Source: Obrimoposthia wandeli
Lineage: Eukaryota
Direction of reading: 5' to 3'
Assembly (NCBI GenBank): GCA_977020255.1
Contig: CDROCS010005958.1
Location: 1-64,000 of the forward strand
DNA length: 64,000 nucleotides
The position numbers and the translations under genes are program-made. A model generated the notes under the pieces. The model did not search any database. It was not told the DNA's origin and worked only from the letters and a program-made list of their open reading frames with translations. Below are positions 41,301 to 50,220 of the stretch, piece after piece (the stretch's first letter is position 1; each line of letters begins with the position of its first letter).

Positions 41301-42025
41301 GTTTTTACGATCCGAAAAATATAGTCCCTCGAGCATCGCTTACACCAACTGATCAATTACAGCGCCCGAACCATGCGATGTCATTGGCAGCGGTGCGCAA
41401 CGGCCCATTGCTCAATAGTGACAAAAAAATGCACAGTGCAATTGATAGTATTGTTCATTCACAGCTCAACTTGTATAGCGTTGCCAGCTGGCCAAATGCC
41501 AACAATATGCGTATTGATACTTTAGCTAAATTGCTCGGTTTTCACGTCGATGATTATCCAAAACCTGGCAGCAGTATAAAGATAGCTGGCGTAGATATAT
41601 TTGCCATCGGCCCTTATCATTGCTGGTTACAAGTCGATAATGAACAAAGCTCTCTGTGTATTAATGACTTAGCCAAGCAGCTATCTAGTTCAATAGCCAG
41701 TGTCGTTGACATAAGCCACAGCTACACAAAAGTTAGTTTGCGAGGCAAAGGGCTGCGTGCTCTACTGAGCCGTGCAATAGACATTGATTTGCGCACGAGC
41801 GAGTTTAAAAAACAACAGTTTGCGCTAACACGTTTGCTTGCTGTGCAAGCTTTAGTGCACTGCCTTGATGTAGGTGATGTTGATCATAAAGTAGCTACAG
41901 ATACTTCCAATAACGAACAATTCGATATTCTTTTTAACCGCGCTTTTGCCTTAGATGCTTGGCAGCATTTATCAGAAATAAGTCATCATTTAAGCGTCAC
42001 TGAACAGCAAGGAAAACTCTCATAA
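38366..42025 (+). CDS. soxA: Sarcosine oxidase-like alpha subunit fused to a gamma-subunit-like domain
   Basis: RSFKYHRPRG, GFYYKTF, EHLKRYTTLGMGTDQGK, DVSTLGKI, RISFSGELAYE and LRIEKGH. The usual SoxA end FYDP is followed in frame by about 230 aa resembling SoxG (VVDISHSYTKVSLRG...LSRAIDIDLR...RAFA). Confidence 0.88.
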   Translation: MFKSKIDNLRLSTGGAIDRTEVLEFSFNGQTLSGFQGDTVASALAANGIKLLARSFKYHRPRGLYSAGPEEPNALLSIEIGGRTEVNARTTMVALQQGMRLRSQNCSPCVNFDFLAINDKLSALLSAGFYYKTFIWPGLKGWMFYENIIRKAAGMGNTGLQADNAKYEHIHLHCDLLIVGAGIAGVNAALAAANGGLDVILVEQHQAIGGRLCEHPQHVIWLHRAEQEISDHKNVRLMTQTTAFGAYDNQIYTLLARNTASPIILEQLFEVNAKHCITTTGAIERPLVFANNDLPGIQLAGAAQTYLHRYATLPGREIVIFCNNNSAYQVAADLLDAGAKVTALVEIRAQEEVKLDAPLRNKIQSSAIQLHYNTAVSCAKGNKRVRSVALKPTDSFTTRSSSTQPMILQCDTLLVSGGWSPTAHLHSQSGGKLKYDAAVAALIPIQSSSEIFSVGAAAGDFSVSNTAKSAWKLGLNLAESNDAQPSWLMINHSENAYQISPVWSVAGRGKAFVDLQHDVSTADIALAAREGYQSVEHLKRYTTLGMGTDQGKLSNVNALALMAEQLGQSIDQTGTTRFRPPYTPVTVGAWGGNETGHHLTPRRRTPMQQWHVDNGGYFNISGPWQRATDYRRQGESKKAAVIREVTHVRAQAGLVDVSTLGKIRLCGPDALQLLNLVYVNSFDTLNIARVRYGIMLREDGLVFDDGTVIRLATDDYLITTTTAKAPLVMRHLDRLTQVDWPELEVACTSVTDQYAAMAIAGPKSREILQGCIADIDFSDETLPFMGYACGHLGQVPIEICRISFSGELAYELYTGADYGSLCWQALLDHDTALQVYGLDALDTLRIEKGHLTGAEIDGRRSLDDIGMSAMMRGTKSFIGSALAKRFELHKSEERLQIVGLRSVDPEQALEEGMHLIEEAIDLEKHDSHGQISSVCYSPMAHSEIALAQLRNGRARVCEKLWAVSPLRNMRVEVMVVDSCFYDPKNIVPRASLTPTDQLQRPNHAMSLAAVRNGPLLNSDKKMHSAIDSIVHSQLNLYSVASWPNANNMRIDTLAKLLGFHVDDYPKPGSSIKIAGVDIFAIGPYHCWLQVDNEQSSLCINDLAKQLSSSIASVVDISHSYTKVSLRGKGLRALLSRAIDIDLRTSEFKKQQFALTRLLAVQALVHCLDVGDVDHKVATDTSNNEQFDILFNRAFALDAWQHLSEISHHLSVTEQQGKLS

Positions 42026-42927
42026 TGCATACTCAAAGCTGGCAAGAAATGGTCCCTCAAGGACGTCCCTTTATCAAAATGCAAGGCTTACACAACCACT
42101 TTGTTATAGTAGATGCTCGGGCTATTGCCTACCGACCAAGCAAAGCCGAAATTGTGCAAGTTTGCGATGTTAAAACAGGCGTAGGTGGCGATCAGTTATT
42201 AGTGATTGAGCTACCAACAGAGCAGGGGAAATTGGCAGGCGCGGTTGCTTTTATGCGTATCATCAACGTTGATGGTGCAGATGCTGAAGCCTGTGGTAAT
42301 GCTTCACGATGTATCGCTTGGTTGCTCATGGAAGAACAAGGTTGTGATGAACTCTCTTTTGAAACATTAGCCGGTGTACTGGCTTGCAAACGTACGGGGG
42401 AGTTAGAAGTCAGTGTTGAAATGGGCCGTATCTCAATGCAAGCGGCTGATATACCTTTAGCACCAGATGCTGATTCTCTCAACTTAAATTTAGAGAGTGG
42501 TCCGTTGAAAAACCCTATCGCGCTTAACATCGGTAATCCACATGCCGTGTGTTTCGTCGATGATTTAGATGCAGTCGATATGTTGCAATGGGCACCAGCG
42601 ATACAATGTGATGCAGTTTTTCCAGAAAAAGCCAATGTAGGGGTAGTTCAAATGCTCAGCCCGGAGCATTTACGCCTATCTGTTTATGAGCGACCGGGAA
42701 TTCTGACCACGGCTTGTGGTAGTGGTGCTTGCGTAAGTGTAGTGGCTGCTCGGGTTAAAGGCTTAACCGATGCGCGTAGGGTAAAAGTAGAAATGCCTGC
42801 AGGCAGTGTCATTGTTGAAATATTAGAAGATAATAGTGCGATTATGACAGGCTCGGTCAGCTGGTGTTATCAGGGGTACCTGCCTTTATTTGACAACAGT
42901 GAGTTAGGAAAACAGAGAATTGTTTAA
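42025..42927 (+). CDS. dapF: Diaminopimelate epimerase family protein
   Basis: KMQGLHNHF, GGDQLL, INVDG..ACGN, IGNPH, ANVG, VYER and TACGSGAC; both catalytic Cys retained. Confidence 0.82.
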   Translation: MHTQSWQEMVPQGRPFIKMQGLHNHFVIVDARAIAYRPSKAEIVQVCDVKTGVGGDQLLVIELPTEQGKLAGAVAFMRIINVDGADAEACGNASRCIAWLLMEEQGCDELSFETLAGVLACKRTGELEVSVEMGRISMQAADIPLAPDADSLNLNLESGPLKNPIALNIGNPHAVCFVDDLDAVDMLQWAPAIQCDAVFPEKANVGVVQMLSPEHLRLSVYERPGILTTACGSGACVSVVAARVKGLTDARRVKVEMPAGSVIVEILEDNSAIMTGSVSWCYQGYLPLFDNSELGKQRIV

Positions 42928-43127
42928 GAACATTGATCAGTTTGTAGAGTGCTAAGGCTTAGGCTTAGGCTTAGGATAGAGCTTGTGTGGATCTTTCTTG
43001 ATTGGTCCTTTATTAATCCTAAGCTGCGCTAATTTTAGGGTACAGATAATCATGTGCCCTAAAATTATTGACTTGATTAGTGTTTACGATCAGAGCAAGT
43101 CAGAAATGAAAAACGAGAAAAGTTTGG

Positions 43128-43355
43128 TTACTTTACAGTAGACTTTTTTAAAGCCGCACATATCTTATGCACAATAGGCGCTATGACTACGACACTTGGA
43201 AATGCGACTAAAAATGCCACGCCCCATGCAGTAAGCCACTTAATAAATAAACCATCAATAAGACCCAGATTAAGTAAAGTCAGGAAAAACGACATAATCC
43301 CCGACATAAACAGTGCCATAAAAAACGGGAAGTAAAGCCTTTCTAATTTGCGCAT
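43128..43355 (-). CDS. DUF2798-like small membrane protein
   Basis: MALFMSGIMSFFLT...WLTAWGVAFLVAFP pattern. Confidence 0.72.
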   Translation of the reverse strand: MRKLERLYFPFFMALFMSGIMSFFLTLLNLGLIDGLFIKWLTAWGVAFLVAFPSVVVIAPIVHKICAALKKSTVK

Positions 43356-43559
43356 AGCTCTTTTGCCTAAATATATAATGGGTACGGTTTAGCTATTGTA
43401 ACATCAGTTAAAAAATCGAAGTAATAATACTCAGTTAGATTTATAAACTTAATGAAATATTTATGTTGCTTTTTTGAGAACAATAAACCAAAACCGCTCT
43501 ATATATAAATATTTGATAAGTCATTATTCTGTAAAAAATATAGCGCAATGGAGTAATGA

Positions 43560-44453
43560 ATGGACTTAAATCAGCAGTATCAAAAGATAGGCATTATTGG
43601 ATTGGGCAATATGGGTAATGCAATGGCGCGCACACTGATAAGGGAAGGATTTTTAGTTGTCGGTACTGACCTTGGTGAAGTGCAAAAAAAGACTGCTAAA
43701 GCGATAGGCGTTGAAGTCGTTGATGATATTAAAGCACTGTGTTCACAAACTAAAAATATAATTTTATCACTACCAATGGCTAAACATGTCGTCAGTGTGA
43801 TTAAAGGTGAAGAACAAGGTTTAGGAGGGATTATTGAATATGCCCAACCTGACACGTTGGTGATAGATACATCAACGTCAGAGCCAAGTATTACCAAGCA
43901 ACTAGCGGTGCTGTTGGCAAATAAGGGGCACCAACTTTTAGATTGTCCTGTTAGTGGTGGCCCTGCAGGGGCAGCCAATGGCTCGATGGTTGTCGTTGCA
44001 GGTGGGGAGAGCAGCGCGTTAGAGCGTGCTCAGCCTTGGCTAGATGCTTTAAGTAGTAAGGTAGTGCATTTAGGTGCGTCGGGTAATGGTCATACAGCAA
44101 AGCTGATTAATAATTTATTGTGCGCTGCGCATTTAGTCACCACAGCAGAGGCGATTGCATTAGGAAAAAAAGCAGGTCTTGATCCTGCAGCATTGATTGA
44201 GGGGCTGAATGCAGGCTCTGGTCGCAGTGCTATAAGTGAAGTGAATTTCCCCCGTTGGATATTAAACGAGCGTTTTGACTCAGGCTTTAGCATGCAACTC
44301 ATGCGCAAAGATGTGCGTTTAGCAAAGCAATTAATAAAGGACATGCAAATGCAGTTATCAATGAGCGAAGCGGTTGCTGATATATGGGCTGCAAGCGAGG
44401 ATTGTATCGCTGATGCAGATGATTTTAATAGCATTGTTAAAAGCCACATTTAA
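43560..44453 (+). CDS. NAD(P)-dependent beta-hydroxyacid dehydrogenase (3-hydroxyisobutyrate dehydrogenase family)
   Basis: IGLGNMG, DCPVSGG and GHTAKLINN (catalytic Lys). Confidence 0.9.
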   Translation: MDLNQQYQKIGIIGLGNMGNAMARTLIREGFLVVGTDLGEVQKKTAKAIGVEVVDDIKALCSQTKNIILSLPMAKHVVSVIKGEEQGLGGIIEYAQPDTLVIDTSTSEPSITKQLAVLLANKGHQLLDCPVSGGPAGAANGSMVVVAGGESSALERAQPWLDALSSKVVHLGASGNGHTAKLINNLLCAAHLVTTAEAIALGKKAGLDPAALIEGLNAGSGRSAISEVNFPRWILNERFDSGFSMQLMRKDVRLAKQLIKDMQMQLSMSEAVADIWAASEDCIADADDFNSIVKSHI

Positions 44454-44476
44454 ACGCTTACTGAGGCAGGAAGATT

Positions 44477-46027
44477 ATGTTCACTGTAGAAAATAATGGC
44501 GAAGCGCAGGTAGAGGCGTTACTAAAAGAGTTATTAGCAATTGAAAAACTCGATAACGAAAGTTTTGGGAGTTGGGTTAATGGTGAATTAGTAGGGGGTA
44601 CAGGTGAGAGTATAGCGCTGGTAAATGCAGCCACTGGACAGGCGTTTATGCAGTATAAAGATGCAGGCAAAAGTGTGGTTGATGATGCAGCACAAGTGGC
44701 AGTGATAGCGCAGCGTAAATGGTGGGCGATGACGGCGAGTGCCAGAGGGAAGTTAATGTATGCTTGTGCTGAAAAAGTAAGATTGGCGGCGCCCTCTTTA
44801 GCGAAATTAGAATCTATATCTGCCGGCAAACCGATACGAGATTGTCGGGTTGAAATAGCCAAAGTGGCAGAGATGTTTGAATACTATGCAGGCTGGTGCG
44901 ATAAAATGACAGGCCAAGTTATTCCTGTACCTAGCAGTCATCTTAATTACACCAGGCATGAGCCTTTTGGTGTAGTCGTGCAAATAACCCCCTGGAACGC
45001 TCCTGTTTTTACTGCGGGTTGGCAAATTGCCCCTGCGATATGTGCAGGTAATGCGGTACTGATAAAACCGTCTGAGTTAACACCTTTAAGTACTACGATT
45101 TTAGCTAAACTCATTGAACAAGCAGGTATTCCAAAAGGTTTGGTGAATGTCATTAATGGTTACGGTCACTCTACAGGTTGCGCAGCGATTGCCAACCGAG
45201 CCTGTAAAAAAGTAGTGTTTGTAGGCTCTCCTAAAACAGGCAGTGTAATAGCAAGTGCAGCTGCGCAGCGGGTTATCCCCTGTGTGCTTGAGTTAGGTGG
45301 TAAATCTGCCAATATTATATTTGAAGATGCGGATCTTGATCGTGCGGTAGTAGGTGCTCAAGCGGCAATATTTGCAGCAGCTGGGCAAAGCTGTGTTTCA
45401 GGCTCAAGGTTATTAGTAGACAAAAAAGTATATGCGCAAGTAGTGGACAAATTAGCATCTGCAACACGTAAAATTGAGCCAAACCTGCCTTGGCTAGAGA
45501 CAACGATGGTTGGCCCTGTCAATAATGTAAATCAGCTTAATCACATAAAAGCACTAGTAACAGATGGTGTGGCACAAGGCGCCACCATTGCAGCCGGTGG
45601 GGATAGCGGTTTAATAAAAGGAGGGGAAGGCGGCTATTTTTATCAGCCAACGGTACTGGCAGATGTAAATAACCAGATGAATATTGCGCAAGAGGAAATC
45701 TTTGGCCCTGTTGTTTCTGTGATCCCTTTTGATGATGAAGCGCAAGCTATTGAGATAGCTAATGATAGCCGTTTTGGTTTAGCAGGTGCTGTATGGACGG
45801 CTGATGTTGGGCGTGCACACCGAATGGCTGCCCAGGTAAATGCTGGCACTTTTTGGGTGAATAGCTATAAGGCAATTAACGTTATGTCGCCTTTTGGTGG
45901 TTTCGGTGAAAGTGGCTATGGTCGTTCAAGCGGTTATGAAGGACTTTTAGAATATACCCAAACCAAGAGTGTCTGGATTGAAACCGCTGCCAACGCTGCC
46001 ATCCAATTTGGGTACAGTGTTGAGTGA
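44477..46027 (+). CDS. Aldehyde dehydrogenase
   Basis: ITPWN, KPSE, LELGGKSA, GQSCVSG (catalytic Cys), EEIFGPV and PFGGFGESGYGR. Confidence 0.93.
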   Translation: MFTVENNGEAQVEALLKELLAIEKLDNESFGSWVNGELVGGTGESIALVNAATGQAFMQYKDAGKSVVDDAAQVAVIAQRKWWAMTASARGKLMYACAEKVRLAAPSLAKLESISAGKPIRDCRVEIAKVAEMFEYYAGWCDKMTGQVIPVPSSHLNYTRHEPFGVVVQITPWNAPVFTAGWQIAPAICAGNAVLIKPSELTPLSTTILAKLIEQAGIPKGLVNVINGYGHSTGCAAIANRACKKVVFVGSPKTGSVIASAAAQRVIPCVLELGGKSANIIFEDADLDRAVVGAQAAIFAAAGQSCVSGSRLLVDKKVYAQVVDKLASATRKIEPNLPWLETTMVGPVNNVNQLNHIKALVTDGVAQGATIAAGGDSGLIKGGEGGYFYQPTVLADVNNQMNIAQEEIFGPVVSVIPFDDEAQAIEIANDSRFGLAGAVWTADVGRAHRMAAQVNAGTFWVNSYKAINVMSPFGGFGESGYGRSSGYEGLLEYTQTKSVWIETAANAAIQFGYSVE

Positions 46028-46080
46028 AGTAAGAGTTAAAAGAAACAAGTTGCAGCACTTGAATACAGGTCTGATATAGA

Positions 46081-46887
46081 GTGATAAACAACATGGCAGA
46101 TTATGAGAAAACTATTTATAAGAAAACAATAGATATTCCCAATTTGTGGGAGACAATCCAAGGCGAGATAAAAAAGGAAGCTAAAAGCTGCCCACTGTTA
46201 ACCGATTTTTTGCATCGTAATATATTGCAGCACGCTAGTTTTGAAGTAGCACTTTGTTATGTATTAGCAGAAAAACTAGCTGAAAACTCAAGCAAAATTA
46301 ACGAATGGTATCACTACTTACTTGCTGTTTTAAATGAGCAGCAGGCTCTAGTAAATGATCAGTTATCGATCAGCGAATGCGCATTACGCGATTTACTTTG
46401 CCAATTACAAAGCAATGCCAGTATTAAAGATCACTATAGCCCGTTACTCTTTTTTGCGGGCTATCAAGCATTGCAGTGTTATCGCTTTTCTCATTATTGT
46501 TGGCACCATCATCAACGGGCAATGGCCAGCTTTATACAAGCGAAAAGTGTCGAGTTATTTGGCGTAGATATACATCCTGCAGCGCGTATTGGAACGGGGA
46601 TATTTATGGATCACAGTGTGGCAGTGGTCATAGGAGAAACCGCCGTCGTTGAAAATAATGTCACTATTTTCCAAAGTGTGACATTAGGTGGTACCGGTAA
46701 GGGAAGTGGAGATCGGCATCCCAAAGTTCGCCAAGGTGCCTTTATTGGCTGTGGGGCAGTCATTTTTGGCAATATAGAAATTGGTAAAAATGCAAAGGTG
46801 GCCGGGGGAGCAGTTGTAGTTAAAAGCGTAGCAGCAAATACAACTGTTTTGGGCACAGTGGCAAAAATCAAATCAATCAATTCTTAA
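46081..46887 (+). CDS. cysE: Serine O-acetyltransferase-like protein lacking the usual C-terminal tail
   Basis: SATase N-domain plus DIHPAARIG, DH and VTLGGTGK...DRHPK; ends shortly after the hexapeptide domain. Confidence 0.72.
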   Translation: MINNMADYEKTIYKKTIDIPNLWETIQGEIKKEAKSCPLLTDFLHRNILQHASFEVALCYVLAEKLAENSSKINEWYHYLLAVLNEQQALVNDQLSISECALRDLLCQLQSNASIKDHYSPLLFFAGYQALQCYRFSHYCWHHHQRAMASFIQAKSVELFGVDIHPAARIGTGIFMDHSVAVVIGETAVVENNVTIFQSVTLGGTGKGSGDRHPKVRQGAFIGCGAVIFGNIEIGKNAKVAGGAVVVKSVAANTTVLGTVAKIKSINS

Positions 46888-46900
46888 TATAGGTGGAACA

Positions 46901-47800
46901 ATGAGCGAGACAACCAGAAAAGCGAATCACTTAGGTATTGATCATCCGTTAGTTGCTGTCTCAGATATGGACAAAGCCACTGTCGACTTTGCGCGTTTAG
47001 GTTTCTTTATTAACCCTAGGCATCATCATCCTTGGGGAACAGATAATCACTTGTTGATGTTTCCTGAAAACTTTATTGAACTGATTAGTGTTTATGATCA
47101 CAGCAAATTAGACATGAAAAATGAGCAAGGTTTTGCTTTTGGTCGTTTTATACAAGATTCGATAGAGCGCAAAGAAGGCATTTCGTTAGTGGCCTTACAC
47201 AGCGAAGATGCGAGAGCGGATCATCAAATGTTAGAGCAACGTGCGGTTGAAAATCAAGGTATTGTGGATTTTCGACGCGTAGCACATCGCCCAGATGGTA
47301 CAGAGGAAGAAGCCGTTGTCTCATTAGTTATGCTGATTAATTCAGAGCAACCGGCTGTATCTCATTTCTTTTGTCATCAGCATAAGCCCGATTTAGTTTG
47401 GGTAAAAGATTGGATGACACATCCTAATGGCGCGAATGCAATAACCATGATAAGTTATGTAGCGCATAAACCTGCTGATTTTTTACAGCGCTTTATCGGT
47501 ATCTATGGTGAGCGAGCTGTGAGTGTAATAAACGATTGTTTAACAGTGAAAACAGATAGAGGTGTTTTTGAAGTTTTGAGTCCAGATCATGCAAAATTAA
47601 GGTTTGCAGGAGTAGAGATTCCCTGTTCTGATCAACACTTGCCTTGTGGAATTGCTATAAGAGTGAGTACGGCATCGATAATACAAGCGCAACAACATCT
47701 AGATAAAAACCAAGTGAATTACATTATAACTGATGATGGAGGATTACGTATTGCTGCAAGTTATGCAGGAAATACCATTATTGAGATATATCCTCAGTAA
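46901..47800 (+). CDS. VOC family (glyoxalase-like) protein
   Basis: IDHPLVAV, LGF, HPWGTDNHL, FIELI and HPNGA motifs. Confidence 0.82.
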   Translation: MSETTRKANHLGIDHPLVAVSDMDKATVDFARLGFFINPRHHHPWGTDNHLLMFPENFIELISVYDHSKLDMKNEQGFAFGRFIQDSIERKEGISLVALHSEDARADHQMLEQRAVENQGIVDFRRVAHRPDGTEEEAVVSLVMLINSEQPAVSHFFCHQHKPDLVWVKDWMTHPNGANAITMISYVAHKPADFLQRFIGIYGERAVSVINDCLTVKTDRGVFEVLSPDHAKLRFAGVEIPCSDQHLPCGIAIRVSTASIIQAQQHLDKNQVNYIITDDGGLRIAASYAGNTIIEIYPQ

Positions 47801-47900
47801 CATTTTTTTATAGAGACAAACTCACTCGTTTTTAGCTATAACCAACTAATACCCAAATCAGCTTAGCCTCTGCCTGAACTGCGTATATAAAGGATTAACA

Positions 47901-49079
47901 ATGGGACTTATTGTAAAAGAAAGTGAACTACACCAGCAAATGCGCGAGTGGCGCAGAGATATCCACGCGCATCCTGAAACAGCCTATGAAGAGCATAGAA
48001 CGGCAGCTAAAGTTGAACAGTTACTAAAAAGCTTTGATTTAGAAGTACATACCGGGATGGCTGTCACAGGAGTGGTGGCCACTTTAACAGGTAATTTAAC
48101 TGTTGATGCTGCAAACTCACCTTCTATTGGTTTGCGGGCAGATATTGATGCACTTAATTTGCAAGAGCTCAACAAGTTTTCGCATTGCTCGCAACATGAT
48201 GGAAAAATGCATGCCTGTGGTCATGATGGCCATACGGCAATGTTGCTTGGCGCAGCAAAGTACTTATCTGAGCATCGTGATTTTTCAGGGACTGTTGTGT
48301 TTATCTTTCAGCCCGCTGAAGAGGGAGAGGCGGGTGCTAAGTTAATGTGTGATGAGGGCTTGTTCGAGCAATTTAATGTTGATGCCGTTTATGGCATGCA
48401 TAATTGGCCGGGAATAGAGCAAGGGAAATTTGCCATACATGCAGGGCCTGTTATGGCGTCAATGGATTTATTTGATATCACGATCAGTGGGCAAGGGTGT
48501 CATGCAGGGATGCCGCATTTAGGTACAGACCCTATTATGGTTGCAGGGCAGTTGATTGGCGCATTGCAAAGTATTGTCAGTAGAGACTTAGACCCACTTC
48601 ACTCAGGCGTGGTGAGTATTACCCAAATGCACGGTGGAGAGGCGTATAACGTGGTGCCAGATAGTGTGACATTATCGGGCACTTGTCGTGCATTTTCCAC
48701 TGAACAACAGGCGCAAATAGAAGCATTAATGAGAGTGCGTATTGAAAATATTTGTGCAGCGTTTGGCGCAAAAGGCGAATTAGATTATCGCAAAGTTGCG
48801 CCGTGCACTGAAAATCATCAAGCGAATACAAAAATATGTGTTGATGTGACTCGCTCATTAGTCGGCGAAGGTAATGTGCTTTTAGATGAATCGCCCAGTA
48901 TGGGGTCTGAAGATTTTGCATTTATGTTATTAGAAAAGCCTGGAGCGTACATTTGGATAGGCAATGGTGCTATGCAAGGAGCAAAAGGGTTACACAACCC
49001 GCACTATGATTTTAATGACGAAATTTTAGCGCTAGGTGCTAATTATTGGATCGCTCTAACTCAGAGCCAGCTAAACTAA
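47901..49079 (+). CDS. M20 family amidohydrolase (hippurate hydrolase-like)
   Basis: RRDIHAHPE, LRADIDAL, MHACGHDGH, FQPAEEG, SEDFAF and LHNPHYDFND. Confidence 0.92.
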   Translation: MGLIVKESELHQQMREWRRDIHAHPETAYEEHRTAAKVEQLLKSFDLEVHTGMAVTGVVATLTGNLTVDAANSPSIGLRADIDALNLQELNKFSHCSQHDGKMHACGHDGHTAMLLGAAKYLSEHRDFSGTVVFIFQPAEEGEAGAKLMCDEGLFEQFNVDAVYGMHNWPGIEQGKFAIHAGPVMASMDLFDITISGQGCHAGMPHLGTDPIMVAGQLIGALQSIVSRDLDPLHSGVVSITQMHGGEAYNVVPDSVTLSGTCRAFSTEQQAQIEALMRVRIENICAAFGAKGELDYRKVAPCTENHQANTKICVDVTRSLVGEGNVLLDESPSMGSEDFAFMLLEKPGAYIWIGNGAMQGAKGLHNPHYDFNDEILALGANYWIALTQSQLN

Positions 49080-49147
49080 GCAATGCGATTGATTGATACG
49101 TTTTTATGCTTTGTTTCAAGTATGTTTGAGCTTAAGTAAACCGGTGT

Positions 49148-50077
49148 TTGATGACTGTAATTAACCAAAAAAGAGTCACTTATTTATACGAAGCGGTGAA
49201 TTGCGGATCGATAAGAGGGGCAGCTGATAAATTAAATATAGCGCCCTCTGCAATTAGCCGGCATATATCATTACTTGAAAAAGAACTCGCATGTCGACTA
49301 ATAGAGAGACATAAGACAGGAGTGGTTGTCACACAAGCGGGTGAAGTCGTATTGCAACACTATCGTGAATCAATCAGCATGCAAGAAAACTGCCTGGCTA
49401 AATTAACCGCACTACAAGGTTTACAGCAAGGGCACATTAATCTCGTGATAGGTGAAGGTTTTGTCAGTGATTTAATGATGGGGCCGCTATCTGAGTTTTC
49501 TAAACGCTATCCTAAATTGACACTCACTATTCACTTGGCAGGCTCTAACGAGGTAATACGTCAAGTAGAAACAGATGAAGCACATATAGGTATCTTGTTT
49601 CACGGCGCAAGCCACCCTGCTATTCGCTCGCACGTCATTAGTAAGCAAGCTATTTGTGCTGTCGTTAATCCCGCACATCCGCTGGTTGAATACGCTAAAT
49701 CGGAATCAGAAATACATTTAACTGACTTGCTTAGTTATCCCATCGCGTTATCTGAAAATAGCTTTGGAGTACGCCAATTATTAGCTTTAGCAGAGTTTAA
49801 AGAGAGGTTTCGGTTTACACCTGCCATGACAACCAATTCAATAGCGGTCTTAAAGCAATTTGTACGAACTAATATGGGCATTACTTTTTTGCCAGAATTT
49901 GTAGTTCGAAGTGAAATAGCGGATAAACAGCTAGCTGTTTTGCCGTTAGTCGATGAAATACTTAACTCTGGTGAAGCGCATATGATTACTCGATTAGGTA
50001 GGCAGTTACCAACAGGGGCCCAAGCATTACTCGTTCATTTAACGCAGTGGATGAAAGCTTTTCAAGAAAAACCATGA
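49148..50077 (+). CDS. LysR family regulator
   Basis: GSIRGAADKLNIAPSAISRHISLLE HTH. Confidence 0.92.
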   Translation: MMTVINQKRVTYLYEAVNCGSIRGAADKLNIAPSAISRHISLLEKELACRLIERHKTGVVVTQAGEVVLQHYRESISMQENCLAKLTALQGLQQGHINLVIGEGFVSDLMMGPLSEFSKRYPKLTLTIHLAGSNEVIRQVETDEAHIGILFHGASHPAIRSHVISKQAICAVVNPAHPLVEYAKSESEIHLTDLLSYPIALSENSFGVRQLLALAEFKERFRFTPAMTTNSIAVLKQFVRTNMGITFLPEFVVRSEIADKQLAVLPLVDEILNSGEAHMITRLGRQLPTGAQALLVHLTQWMKAFQEKP

Positions 50078-50220
50078 TGGCTTAACATGATAGGTGAAAA
50101 ATGGCACTTAAGGGATGAGCGTTAGCCCATCGCTTGTTTTTTGCATTTAAAATGTGCTGCTTCCGTTTGGTTTTGCTGTTAATATAAATTGATCTAAGAC
50201 GAATAAATAATAGTTTATAA

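Noticed and set aside
42953-42976. Telomere-like (TTAGGC)n run
   Set aside because: Only about 4 imperfect hexamers; consistent with ordinary slippage.
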